Below the pieces are notes generated by a model. It saw nothing but the letters and a program-made list of their open reading frames with translations, did not search any database and was not told where the DNA came from. Below are positions 1 to 12,764 of a DNA stretch of 46,079 nt, piece after piece (the stretch's first letter is position 1; each line of letters opens with the position of its first letter). This DNA comes from Basidiobolus ranarum (lineage: Eukaryota). The stretch spans positions 1 to 46,079 of the forward strand of contig JASJQH010006900.1 of the NCBI GenBank assembly GCA_040143965.1, written 5' to 3'. The translations under genes and the position numbers were made by a program.

Positions 1-53
1 CATATAATCTCACCACCTCCCGCCCCCCCCCCCTTTCCACCCTATCCAGTGCC

Positions 54-551
54 CTAGCCACCACCTCGCCTATCTCCGTTACCATTCCCCCCACCGCCAT
101 TACCTCCACCGTTTCCACCATTTCCAGAGTCATAGGCACCAGCTCCGTTACCGCCGTTACCATTATCACCGCCACCATTACCGGCACCGCCATTACCTCC
201 ACCGTTTCCAGAGTAATAAGCACCAGCTCCGATACCAGAAAAACCACCGCCATTACCTCCACCGTTTCCAGCGTCATAGGCACCAGCTCCATTACCACCG
301 TTACTATTATCACCGCCACCACTACCGGCACCAGCTCCGTTACCGCCGTTTCCACCATTTCCAGAGTCATAGGCACCGGCTCCATTACCACCACTGCCAT
401 TATCACCACCATCTCCAGCACCACCGTTAAAAAGATCTTTAACGTCGTAGGCTCCACTCCCTCTTGCTTGTAACCTTGGGTTTAGTGCAGCTGCATTAAT
501 GGCGGCAAGTCCAGAAAGAAGACATAGCAACTGAGGGGCGGAAAATTTCAT
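54..551 (-). CDS. Secreted glycine/asparagine-rich repeat protein (putative cell-wall or structural protein)
   Basis: 165-aa ORF. Hydrophobic N-terminus MKFSAPQLLCLLSGLAAINAAAL resembles a signal peptide. It is followed by repeated GNGAGAY(D/Y)(S/A)GNGG units. Confidence 0.75.
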   Translation of the reverse strand: MKFSAPQLLCLLSGLAAINAAALNPRLQARGSGAYDVKDLFNGGAGDGGDNGSGGNGAGAYDSGNGGNGGNGAGAGSGGGDNSNGGNGAGAYDAGNGGGNGGGFSGIGAGAYYSGNGGGNGGAGNGGGDNGNGGNGAGAYDSGNGGNGGGNGGGGNGNGDRRGGG

Positions 552-1245
552 TTTTAGGAATTGTAGTGTTGTAGAAAGTATTAAGTGGGTTCTATTAAAT
601 CTAAAGAAAGCCTATGGATACTTTTTTTGGAGAGACTGATAGTCACTATTTATATTCTTATATTTCTATGATCTATCACCTTCTTTACTCCTTACTGACA
701 GAATTACTATTTCTCCTATATCTGAGATGCGTATGCATGGGGTCAAGGTACAAATGTTTATAATTGACACTCTCCCACCCCACACTCACTGTTTCACCCT
801 ATATTTCTACTCTCTATTTGAAAATATACATATCTGACTGATAAATAGTATAATGTTGCGAATTTAGCATCGTTTCAATCATCGACTTTTTACCAAATCT
901 ATAACGGTCTTAAACTTGCAGCCCAATTTGACCAAAGGAGTAGCCTTATGCGGACTTGGGCCAACTAGGTAGTTTTACCCATCTGGAGTGTTTTGAAAGT
1001 TCTGAACTGTATAGAGTTAACGCCACAAGTGAACTTTGAACATAATATACGACAAAACTTCATTTAATGTAATAAAGGGTCTGATTAAACCTGACTACTC
1101 GTAGCATGCATTATGATTTAACTAAGGGATTTTTTCTAACTATTCACAGTAGATAGCATATCACATCTACAGCCTATCATAGATATATTTCTAAAATTGT
1201 AGCATTGCCTAGGTATTCTTACCTCAATTCTACGAAACTGTCAAC

Positions 1246-1309
1246 AAAAAAAAATTTCCTCCGAAGAGGTGTCCAATCAATATTTACGTGACATCCTTGT
1301 GCAGGGGCC

Positions 1310-1340
<31 letters not shown>

Positions 1341-1366
1341 TTCAAGTGTCAGAGGTTCCGAAGAAC
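1246..1366 (-). ncRNA. U6: U6 spliceosomal snRNA (variant 3' end)
   Basis: Minus strand reads GTTCTTCGGAAC...AAAATTGGAACGATACAGAGAAGATTAGCATGGCCCCTGCACAAGGATG, which contains the ACAGAGA box, the AGC triad and the ISL. It has a 5' UUCG hairpin and a T9 Pol III terminator at 1246-1254. The 5' end is at 1366 or 1371. Confidence 0.95.
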
Positions 1367-1390
1367 TTGACGAAGGGTCAATGGTAAAGG

Positions 1391-1400
1391 AATATATATA
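1391..1400 (-). promoter_or_regulatory. TATA box of the U6 gene
   Basis: TATATATATT on the minus strand, about 25-34 nt upstream of the U6 5' end. Confidence 0.65.
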
Positions 1401-1803
1401 GTCAAGTTATTTACTGAGTGAGAAACTTATGGGAATGGACTAATTAGTAAGATCCTCATGTATCACTCATGTCATGTGAAAAATTCGATTGATTCCAGAT
1501 TGCTTATTCATAAATTTTTCATGCAGATTTCTACTAGCAATCTGTATAAATCGAAGTAAATTTACGTAACACCTAGTAATTGAATTCCAAAATAGGTTTC
1601 TTCACTGATGTGCATAGGATATTCTCACCATTCCCAATCAATTTTTATATCTCTAATTAATTCCTTACTTCTACCATAGAGTCATTTGAAAATCTTCGAA
1701 ATAGATCACAAGTATTTATAAGCTATATTAGTGAGTGGCTTATTATTATACAGAAATTTTAAAGGTTTAATTTATGTTTATTTACAGTAAGCCTAGACTA
1801 CGT

Positions 1804-2323
1804 CTAGTTTTGTCCATTAAGCAAATTTTGATCCCACAAGTACAAACCAAGTCCTTCTCCTCCGACACGGTTCAATTGGGTAAGCATGTCTGAAATCTTC
1901 TTGATGGCTTCGACTTGTTCAGTGAGGTAGTGTCCTTCCAAGAAATCGCACATTTGAGGGTCACCTTGCTCAGCAGAGATGTTGTGCAAGTTCAATAATG
2001 ACTTGTTGACATCTTTCTCAAGTTGAAGGGTGGCTTCGATGGCATTCTTGGCTGAGTCCCACTCGATGTTGGGGACGGGGATGGGTTGGAATGAAACACG
2101 ACCACCACGTTGGTTGACGTAATCAATCAACTTCTGTGCGTGTTCATACTCCTCTTGGGCACTGTCACGGAAGAACTTGGTCAATCCTGGAAGGGCGACA
2201 TTATCACGACCAAAGTAAGCGGCAAGGGAGGTGTAAGTGTATGAAGCAGTTAACTCCATGTTGATTTGGTTGTTAAATACCTTCCTCGGAGGCAATGGAG
2301 AAGTTTTGTTTAGCAAGAGACAT
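1804..2323 (-). CDS. Ferritin (eukaryotic H-type), with a one-base frame disruption after codon 16
   Basis: ATG at 2323 gives MSLAKQNFSIASEEGI and then a TAA at 2275-2273. The +1 frame continues NNQINMELTASYTY...EEYEHAQKLIDYVNQRGG...LQLEKDVNKSLL...DFLEGHYLTEQVEAIK, with the ferroxidase residues present. Intronless. Confidence 0.9.
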
Positions 2324-4914
2324 ATTGATGATGATATGAAGTTGAATGGATGACTTGGTTCAGGGCATCTGCTTGCCTTTATATTGGTTTTTCAAAATTG
2401 ATATATAGACTATTACGTGTGAATGTGGCAGAGTGACATTAGTAATGAATAGTAGAAATTGTTTGTTGTATCGCTCTAGTAACCTATATATGGTAGATCA
2501 GTAGATAAACCTGGAATTATATCAAGTAGCCCACTTGAAGATTTATACAATCATTACCATATATAACATAGCAACCGTTCTTAGATGGATGAAAGTAAAG
2601 ACCCACCCATGGACTAATGTTTCGTGTAACAACAGACGTTGTAATATTGCGGGGCACCAGTGGATGAAGAAAATTTTTATTACTGGGCATACATTTGCTC
2701 ATAATACAAATAGAGGGATTTAATATCAAAATAAGTTGATAATGGCCTATATTCTCGAAAAGGCAGATCAATAGATAAGCGAGAAATTTGTGTAGCAGTA
2801 TTTTTGGAATAAGAATCCCCACAGATTCTCAGGGAAGTTCCGGAGTGCAATTTTGTGGGGCTCCGGACTGATTGACTACTTTCGTTCCTAAAAACAGTCA
2901 GTACCTCGATACAGTAATCGCAAACAATTAAATACGTATTCCATATTGCGGGCCTTTTAACATGGACCCTGTAATTTGAAAATCATTGGAAGCAAAATCA
3001 ACACCTAGCCAACGTTTCTCTACCATTTCTGAACAATTGATAATTAGTTCTACTTGATAGATTTATCTTCAAGTGAATGGAAGAATGTTGATAGATGGTA
3101 TATTTCGTTGGGTCATACTTTTTAGCTACGTTATAGTTATTAGAGTATTGACTTTATGGTCATCAATCCAAAGATGTACATTGCTACTTCATGGTATTCA
3201 AATGCTGTATATACCTATATTTAGAATTATACTTCACTAATTACATTTGAGATGTCAGTGAGTTCTGTGTCATCTGAAGAGTTCATTTCCCACTGCATAC
3301 TAGTTTTTCATTATACATCAAATAGTACATATATCTCAAGAGGTTAGGTCACTGAATATCATTGTTAATAGTGACCATTCATGTCAGCTTTGTGCTGAGA
3401 GATTATAAGTTGGTGTAAGGGCTCTGTAATTAAATAAACCTGAAATAAACGTGATTAAGCAGTGTCCAAGGATAAATATGCATATTGATTGATGCCAAGG
3501 TGATTTAGTACACAACCAATGATGGTGGATATTGGTTTATGGCTAAGTCTTATAACATGCATTATAAAAAGGTAGGAAGTATAAGAGTAGGAGGTATATA
3601 GCGAGGATTCAGCAGAATGAGCGGATAATTCATTTGATATTTTCACCGGAATTACTGTGTCGAAAGTAGCGAAATATTGTTAATTTCAACTGAAACTCAA
3701 GACTGGCGGTTTAAGGGGTGTCATCTAGTTATTGTGGCTGGATCGTGCGAATCAAGCAGACGGGCCATCGGTAGTTGATTCTTGTTATTCAGTGTCCAAC
3801 ATAGTTGCTATACCACTCTAGCTTGCATATCTTCAACAACCCTAACGGTAGGTTTGTACTTTTGCATTTCCAATCATCCAAGTGTTTCGAAAATGCTCAT
3901 TTAAATCAAATGACTTTTCAGGGGGTGAAGTGAAACATATTATGGCTTGTATTAAACTCGAGTTATACAACCATGAAGACACTATTATGAAGACACTGTT
4001 ATATATAGCGTTAGGCAGAAATGATCATATATAGTGTGAAGTATAATTATATATTGCGAATCGAAAAGTTGGATGGATTTGACTCACTTATTCAGATATA
4101 TGAATACAAGCCTAAGCACGTGGTTTAACACTTGATACATAAGCCAAGGCACGTGGAATGTAAACTCACCCCGTAGAGCTCATTATATTAAAAGTGGAAT
4201 TATTAGATATATCCTCAACTCAACACTGAAGTGACTGTGTAACAATATAGAGCGAAACGGATACAGGGGATGTGAATTTATGGCTGATTCACCAAAATGT
4301 TACACTAGTTGACCATTTCAACCCTACCTATTTAGAATAATCAAACCTTGATGTGGCTGAGCTGATGTACAAGATAGTCCCTTAAATACACATCCATTCC
4401 GTTACCTAACATTTACAGTCAAATTGAGCAGGCCAGAGTTACTAAAGGCTGTTGGAAGTAGTGAGATTGTCGACAGATCTAGCATAATGAATCAGGGATA
4501 GCTAGTGGTTTGAAAATAGATTCATTTCAAGCTACTTGTTTTTCTCTGGAACTCCTATTATTTTGACCGTGATTAGAAAGATTTCCTACCAAAAGCAACA
4601 CTAGTTTTCATGGTAGCAGTCTTCTCCCTTTTATCCTTCCACTCTAGCCATATTTTGCATTTATGTTTAGTTTGATTGGGTTGCATCAGATATCCAATTG
4701 GTTCTGTTAGAGGATTGACTATAGTAAAGTCAAATAAAAACTGATCATGCAAGCTCGGTGCCGTATTCGGTTCAAATACTCAATTCTAAGTTTTTGTTAA
4801 TTCCCATTCTCTTTGAAGTTAACCATCGTTCAAGTATTGACATTATCACTCGTAACACTGCTTTGAATATCCATAGAGAGCACCCTTACTTGTTCCCGTT
4901 CTTACTACCTAACC

Positions 4915-5478
4915 ATGAATTTCATCACCAACCACATACTTCAGTACAGAAAGCGGAACTCTCCCCAGAGCGTGGTTTCATCTTACGCAGAGGTTAAACC
5001 CTCCAGAGCGATGGTTATGACCTGCCCCATCACAGATACAGATACAGAGGATTCACCGACCTCATCAACTCAGGAGGAGACGATCTTAGACATCCTTGGA
5101 GAGGAACGCGTTGAGAGAATCGTAGAGAGATTCTACCACTACAATCTTACAGACAAAAACACCAGGGCGTTCTTCCAAGGAATCAATGTGGAACGTTTGC
5201 AACGGATGCAAACCAGATTTCTTGTTCATCTCTTAGGGGGGAAAGCTATCAATACGCGAAAGATGAGAGCTGCGCACAAACGTTTGTTGGATCTTAATGA
5301 TAGACACTTTGATGCTGTTTTGAGTAATTTGAGAAAGGCTGTGAAAGATATGGGTATCAGTCGAGAGCTAGCACTGAAAATCATGGCAGCTGCGGAGACC
5401 ACTAGAGATGATGTTTTGGGTAGGACACCATTGCCCAAAAGGCAGCCATCAGACGATCCGGATTTTGATTTAGTCTAA
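4915..5478 (+). CDS. Group I (HbN-like) truncated 2/2 haemoglobin with an N-terminal extension
   Basis: Motifs LG...V..FY (B10 Tyr), FF.GIN..RL...Q..FL...LGG, MRAAH (proximal His) and HFDAV are typical of trHb group I. Intronless. Confidence 0.9.
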   Translation: MNFITNHILQYRKRNSPQSVVSSYAEVKPSRAMVMTCPITDTDTEDSPTSSTQEETILDILGEERVERIVERFYHYNLTDKNTRAFFQGINVERLQRMQTRFLVHLLGGKAINTRKMRAAHKRLLDLNDRHFDAVLSNLRKAVKDMGISRELALKIMAAAETTRDDVLGRTPLPKRQPSDDPDFDLV

Positions 5479-6902
5479 GTGGAGTTGTGGCACTGGCGTT
5501 GTCATGAATGGAGCACAGTTTTCAGAGAAATCGAGACACCCATCAGCTTCCTCTCTCACTTGACCTTTAGAATTTTCTCCTTGTGATAGCTCTAACATCT
5601 TTCATCCATCCCGCTATATCAATCTCATATGATTACATCAGATAAATGACAACGAAACCAGTTGGGATGGGAGATATCTCTCTTTTAATTGACAACCTTC
5701 ATTGTAATTAGTTTCAATTTGACTGTTTATCATCTATGTCCTTAATAAAGCTCTTCAACACTAGCTCTATTGGATTTAAGCCTTTGATTTACGTAAATTA
5801 CGTATGGTTACCTGTTATTCGATTAATTGACTACATCGCAGGTTAATTTAAATTAAATCGAGAAATTGGACATTTCTGTCATACATACGTACGAACATTA
5901 TGAATCTAAACTGTAAATAGTAAGTACAGGTGGTTACAGACTGTGGAGAAGTTGAACCATGTAGGAAATTTTAATAACAATGTGATATCAACCTATTCTA
6001 TTCGTAGACTTTGATATGATGAATGTTGCTGTAAACATTACTCTTTTCCATTCTATCAAGGACATTTGAATCTTGCGTTTTACTCGATAAATGTACCTAG
6101 CTACATTGATGTACAGCTATTAAATGTTTTCTGCAAGTCATCTTCTGTAGCCCATCTTGCCGTATTCTTGGTTCATGACACAACAAGTGGCTGAAGAACT
6201 TCCCACTTAGGGACATTTGTATATAGCCCATTTAGTCATCGCAGCCACTTGAATGGACAAATCAACGAGGAAGAGATATTCTCGGGCTGTTCATATAGAA
6301 TATTATTCAATTCTCTATCGAAGGGAATTTCTGACATGTGCGTACTGTAATGTGATCAAAAAAGGGAAGAATAATAGGGAGTGGATTCTTTGCAGTAAAG
6401 AAGCATATGCTAAGCTTCTATGATGTAAAGATGGGCATTAGGATAATTCTAATGATGCTTCTAGAATTGAGCATTTTATTTGACTAACACGAGGTTTCCA
6501 GTATTTTTTTTGAATTTCACCAATTTCGCGAATTCCTCATATGATTAAAGGGAGATTTATCAAACTAATGATGATGGAAAAGATAAAACCAAATTGAACC
6601 GTACCAATACAGAAGTAGAAATAGAAACAAACACACAAATGGAAACAGAAAGGGAATCTATCTACAAAGCAAAAAATGCTTCTCAACTAGAATATGTTCA
6701 AGTGAGAATATTGATGGTAATCATGAAATGAAGCCAACGTTAGATAAAAGAGGAGTAAATTCGAAATCTCAAGCAAAACTAGTCAAAAATTTGGAAAGTG
6801 TAGCCAAAGGACCAGCAATGGATAAAGTCATACCAACTGCCTTACCCAGTGAAAGAGATATTTTCAAAGATAAGATGAGAAGCGGCTGCAAGAATACGTC
6901 GA

Positions 6903-7955
6903 TCACGACTTTCTTTCTAGTGATGGGCGGCACTCATCCTCTTGTGTATTGTAGAATAAATTAGGCGAAGAGTTGGTTGATGCAGAGTTGGGATTCGTAG
7001 ACGAATGCAGCCATGTGTCCTCTTCAAGCAACCATTTGAAATCAAATCCGGTAGTATCAGGCATCGTAACAGGTGGTAAGGGAGTGTACTCTTCTCCAAC
7101 TATGTTTGAAAATTCGTTCACCCCCATCCCTTCCACACCGAATCCCTTTCTCGATAAATTCGAGCCATTAACGTTGCTAGCGGTCTCGTAGCTAGAATAG
7201 TAAGGGGAGGACTTGTTCAAGGTTGATACTGGAAAATATGGGTTCATGAGGTCATGGGGTCCTGTAGGTGGGATGAAATACGATTTCATAGTTGGGTCCA
7301 TCATTTCGCCACAATTCTGTCGTTTCAGTGGTGAGCCTTCGATTGAACCTTCCAGCTCTAAAGCAGGGGATTGTTTACGCTTACTCTTGGTTCTGTTGGG
7401 ACTATACTTGTAATCAGGGTACTTTTGCTGGTGGTCTATTTTGATCTTTTCAGCCATCCATTGATACTTTCGTTTCTCCTCAACTGAGATATTCTTCCAC
7501 ATTTTTCCAATGATCCGAGATACTTCCATGTTGGTGATACCAGCATTGGAAGCGAAAATCTCGGATTGTTTATCACGACGAAACAGGAAAAAGCAATTGG
7601 CAGGTCGTGGGATTTTGACCTTCTTGGTTTCTGATGGGATCTCTTCGGTCTCCTGTTGTTCGGAGTGGACTGAGGAGGTATCGAAGCTGGTCTCCGATCC
7701 AGGTGTCACGAAATGTTGTGCTTGTGGTGTGTTGATCATGTTTGAATAGTTGGCATAGAATGGATCGTGAGGGTGAGGCTGTTGAGGATGGTAATAAACA
7801 TCTTGAACTGAATAGGGGTTTGGATACATCCCAAAATGGATGTTATCTGGCAAGGAAGGATGGTATGACATGGCTGGGACGTGTGATGGGTGAGGCTGAG
7901 TTGTCAGGTTTTTGGGTGCGTAATCGTTGGCTGTGTATACTTGTTGAGTCTTCAT
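6903..7955 (-). CDS. MATA/SOX-type HMG-box transcription factor (HMG-1)
   Basis: 350-aa intronless ORF containing KIPRPANCFFLFRRDKQ...ITNMEVSRIIGKMWKNISVEEKRKYQWMAEKIKIDHQQKYPDYKYSP followed by a basic tail. TATA-like element at ~8080. Confidence 0.93.
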   Translation of the reverse strand: MKTQQVYTANDYAPKNLTTQPHPSHVPAMSYHPSLPDNIHFGMYPNPYSVQDVYYHPQQPHPHDPFYANYSNMINTPQAQHFVTPGSETSFDTSSVHSEQQETEEIPSETKKVKIPRPANCFFLFRRDKQSEIFASNAGITNMEVSRIIGKMWKNISVEEKRKYQWMAEKIKIDHQQKYPDYKYSPNRTKSKRKQSPALELEGSIEGSPLKRQNCGEMMDPTMKSYFIPPTGPHDLMNPYFPVSTLNKSSPYYSSYETASNVNGSNLSRKGFGVEGMGVNEFSNIVGEEYTPLPPVTMPDTTGFDFKWLLEEDTWLHSSTNPNSASTNSSPNLFYNTQEDECRPSLERKS

Positions 7956-10028
7956 GAGTAATGTATAAGCAGCAGTAATATCTAAAGGTAAAGGCTTGGG
8001 TATATAAAGGCAGCTCTAAGTCTAATAGAAAGAGAAGAAAGAATGAGGATGTGTTTACTGCAATCTGACTTCTCGTAGCTTTTATAAAATCGCACAGTAC
8101 AGCCTTGGGTCGGAGAATAGATCAGAATTCGTCCGTACGCAACACGATCAACCTGATCATTTCGCGCGGTTTTGGATATTTTTTACACTAGGAAGTTGTG
8201 GCATACCTTCGGAAGTGGTATTGTTGAGCGCGCTCTACTTACTATTTGGAGTTCGCTTTATTTCCCGATGCTGTAGGTCGCTTAGACCGGCCAGACTTGT
8301 GTGCATTAGATTAGCTCTTAATTTCTGATGGGCATTGTGTATAATAAACGTGGCCAATGAAGCTTCCCAAAATCCACCGCATTTACCGCGATTATAGCGC
8401 TAAATACGAAAGGAGCTAGAAAAGCAAATGATTTGGGATTTCGGATTTGATCGGAGAGATCTGAATTCCGACTGTGCTTACTCTTTCAAAAACTCCAACC
8501 GTACATGAGAGAATCCCAGGCATCCTCTATTGTTTGTAGAGTGTGTAAACAGATGTCGGTGTTCCTTGGATTGGATACAATGAGTGGAGATCATACGTCT
8601 GAAATTGGATTAAAGCCATATACCTCACCAACAAATAGCCAGGTGATGCTTATGTAAGAGAATAAACTGGAATGATTGACTCCAATAGAATCATCTGTGA
8701 GACTTTTAGACCCAATTCGTCAAAAGTTGTTTACCGAAAGGTTCGGCCAGATGTTGACAGCTAAAACAGCGGATATGTTGTGAACAAATCCTACTCTGCT
8801 CGGATAAATTGCTCCACCATTGAATTTCCCACGTCGTTGGTATTCCCGATATCTTCAGAATAACTCAGACTCGCTACTGTATACTTATACCAATATGAAG
8901 CCTAAGCATTTCAAATGAGGTCAGTTCTTGGAGAGATGAATACTTGGTCACCGGCTAATAGAATGGTGAATGCGGTTAGACTGCTTCTAATCGAACGTCA
9001 TTTTGCTCGGCAACTTCGAAGAAGCATTACGTATTACGGTCATAGACTATTGCAAATTTACCAAGTTGGTGCTACCGTTTGTCCATTTCTAGATCGGTAG
9101 TCGATATTGACAGGAGCCTCACCCCACAATGATACCATGTTCTAGTCGAACACATTGAACTGACTATAAATGGGGCTTGTATTGCGCACAAAAGAGCCGC
9201 ATGTGTATTGGATACATTAATTATTGATAAATGTAGCAGTTAACCATACAACACTTATTATCAGTAACTGATTATCGCTGACGTTTCTAGAGTTACATTC
9301 AGACAAATAAAGTGTGAGAAAAAGACTTTTAGCCGTGATGAACAGCTATTTCAAGGCTAATATGCGGGGTTTTACATATTATATGGGAACTCCACGCATG
9401 TCTGTCCAATGCCATGAAACCAGCAAAGAGCTTCTTGGGCTGGTTAGTCTTGGAGTGTAGCTGGGTTTTTCGACTATAAGCAATAACATAAACATTGATT
9501 TCCTCGTGGACACTGGCGGCAGTTACTCTTTGTACAATATGCTAACATGTGTTATGATCCTGGTTTGGAAGTTATGAGTAAGAACCTTTCATATATATAT
9601 TTTTAGAAACTTGAATGAAAATTGCGAATGAGTTGCACTCCATGGTTTCTGACAATATCCGGTTTAATCCTAATGGGGCGGCTTCGTTGACGGATTAAAC
9701 TAGCGCGAAATATGTGCACAACGAAATTGGTCAAAATCCAATTTTACATGGAAGGGCGATCGCAACAGCCTATCAAACTTTGCTGTAATCAATTCATTTC
9801 ATACATTATAGTATGTGTCAGCTTGTGACAACTTTCCACTGAAAAGTTCCATTTCTGTAAAATACCCCGCTCTCTATTGGCTCACTGGCCTTACCTCCAC
9901 TAAATAATGTGATGCTCAACCAGTTTACCATATTTATATTTACATATATATATCATTAGGGAGCGCTAATCTCTCTTCCCTACCACATCTTCTCAAATTC
10001 CCTTGACTACAAGCAATCCATTCACAGC

Positions 10029-12075
<2,047 letters not shown>

Positions 12076-12764
12076 ATGTATTATTGAACCTTTACATTTG
12101 ATACGGTTCCTATTTGCATCAATCATTTACCATTTATTCCTTTCCTCTCCTCTCCTTCCATTTCACTACAATCAAACAAAGTCACATCTCCAATCGGCAT
12201 CGAACTCCATTATACAATAATAAAAGTGTTTATCCACAAACCGTGGGAAGAACACATTTACTAGTAAATTGACACATCCGATGATTTACATATTTGTAAC
12301 CCCACTAAAATGAGGTAACTTAAAATTCCTAAAAGTAGTAAGCAATACTAATAACACCATACAAACTCATTTTGAGGTAACCTATAATAACCAGAATGCG
12401 CAGCTGCATAGAACAGTTTAAGTTTTCAAGGAGATAATCTTGGCTGTATGGTAAAATCTTTTGGCCAAACATATACTTAGTAATGTTGCTCCTTTGAAAA
12501 TTTGCATTTCGAAAGTATGAAGGTTAATTGTCTACCATCACACTTACATATTAATTAAAATCACGTATAAAACAGAACTATAAGGATAAGGATGTTCAAA
12601 GTATGGATTTATTTTCCTACAAAGAATGAAGGGCGAGTGAAGCTTTCTTAAAGATCGAGCTGTTTCAAAATGAAAGCAAGAATTATCAAAAAAAGGATGG
12701 ATGGTGATGGGGGACTGGGTGAATGAGATGTAGTCTACTCAACGCAGGTGAGGCGAAGAGTTAT

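Noticed and set aside
2324-2400. Iron-responsive element in the ferritin 5'UTR
   Set aside because: There is no CAGUGN loop or matching stem between the TATA box and the ATG.
5785-5860. Palindromes ATTTACGTAAAT and TAATTTAAATTA
   Set aside because: They are short, AT-rich and downstream of two convergent genes, with nothing to support a function.
7956-10028. HMG-binding sites (ATTGTT/ACAAT) upstream of HMG-1, suggesting autoregulation
   Set aside because: Only a few short matches in 2 kb of AT-rich DNA, not distinguishable from chance by eye.
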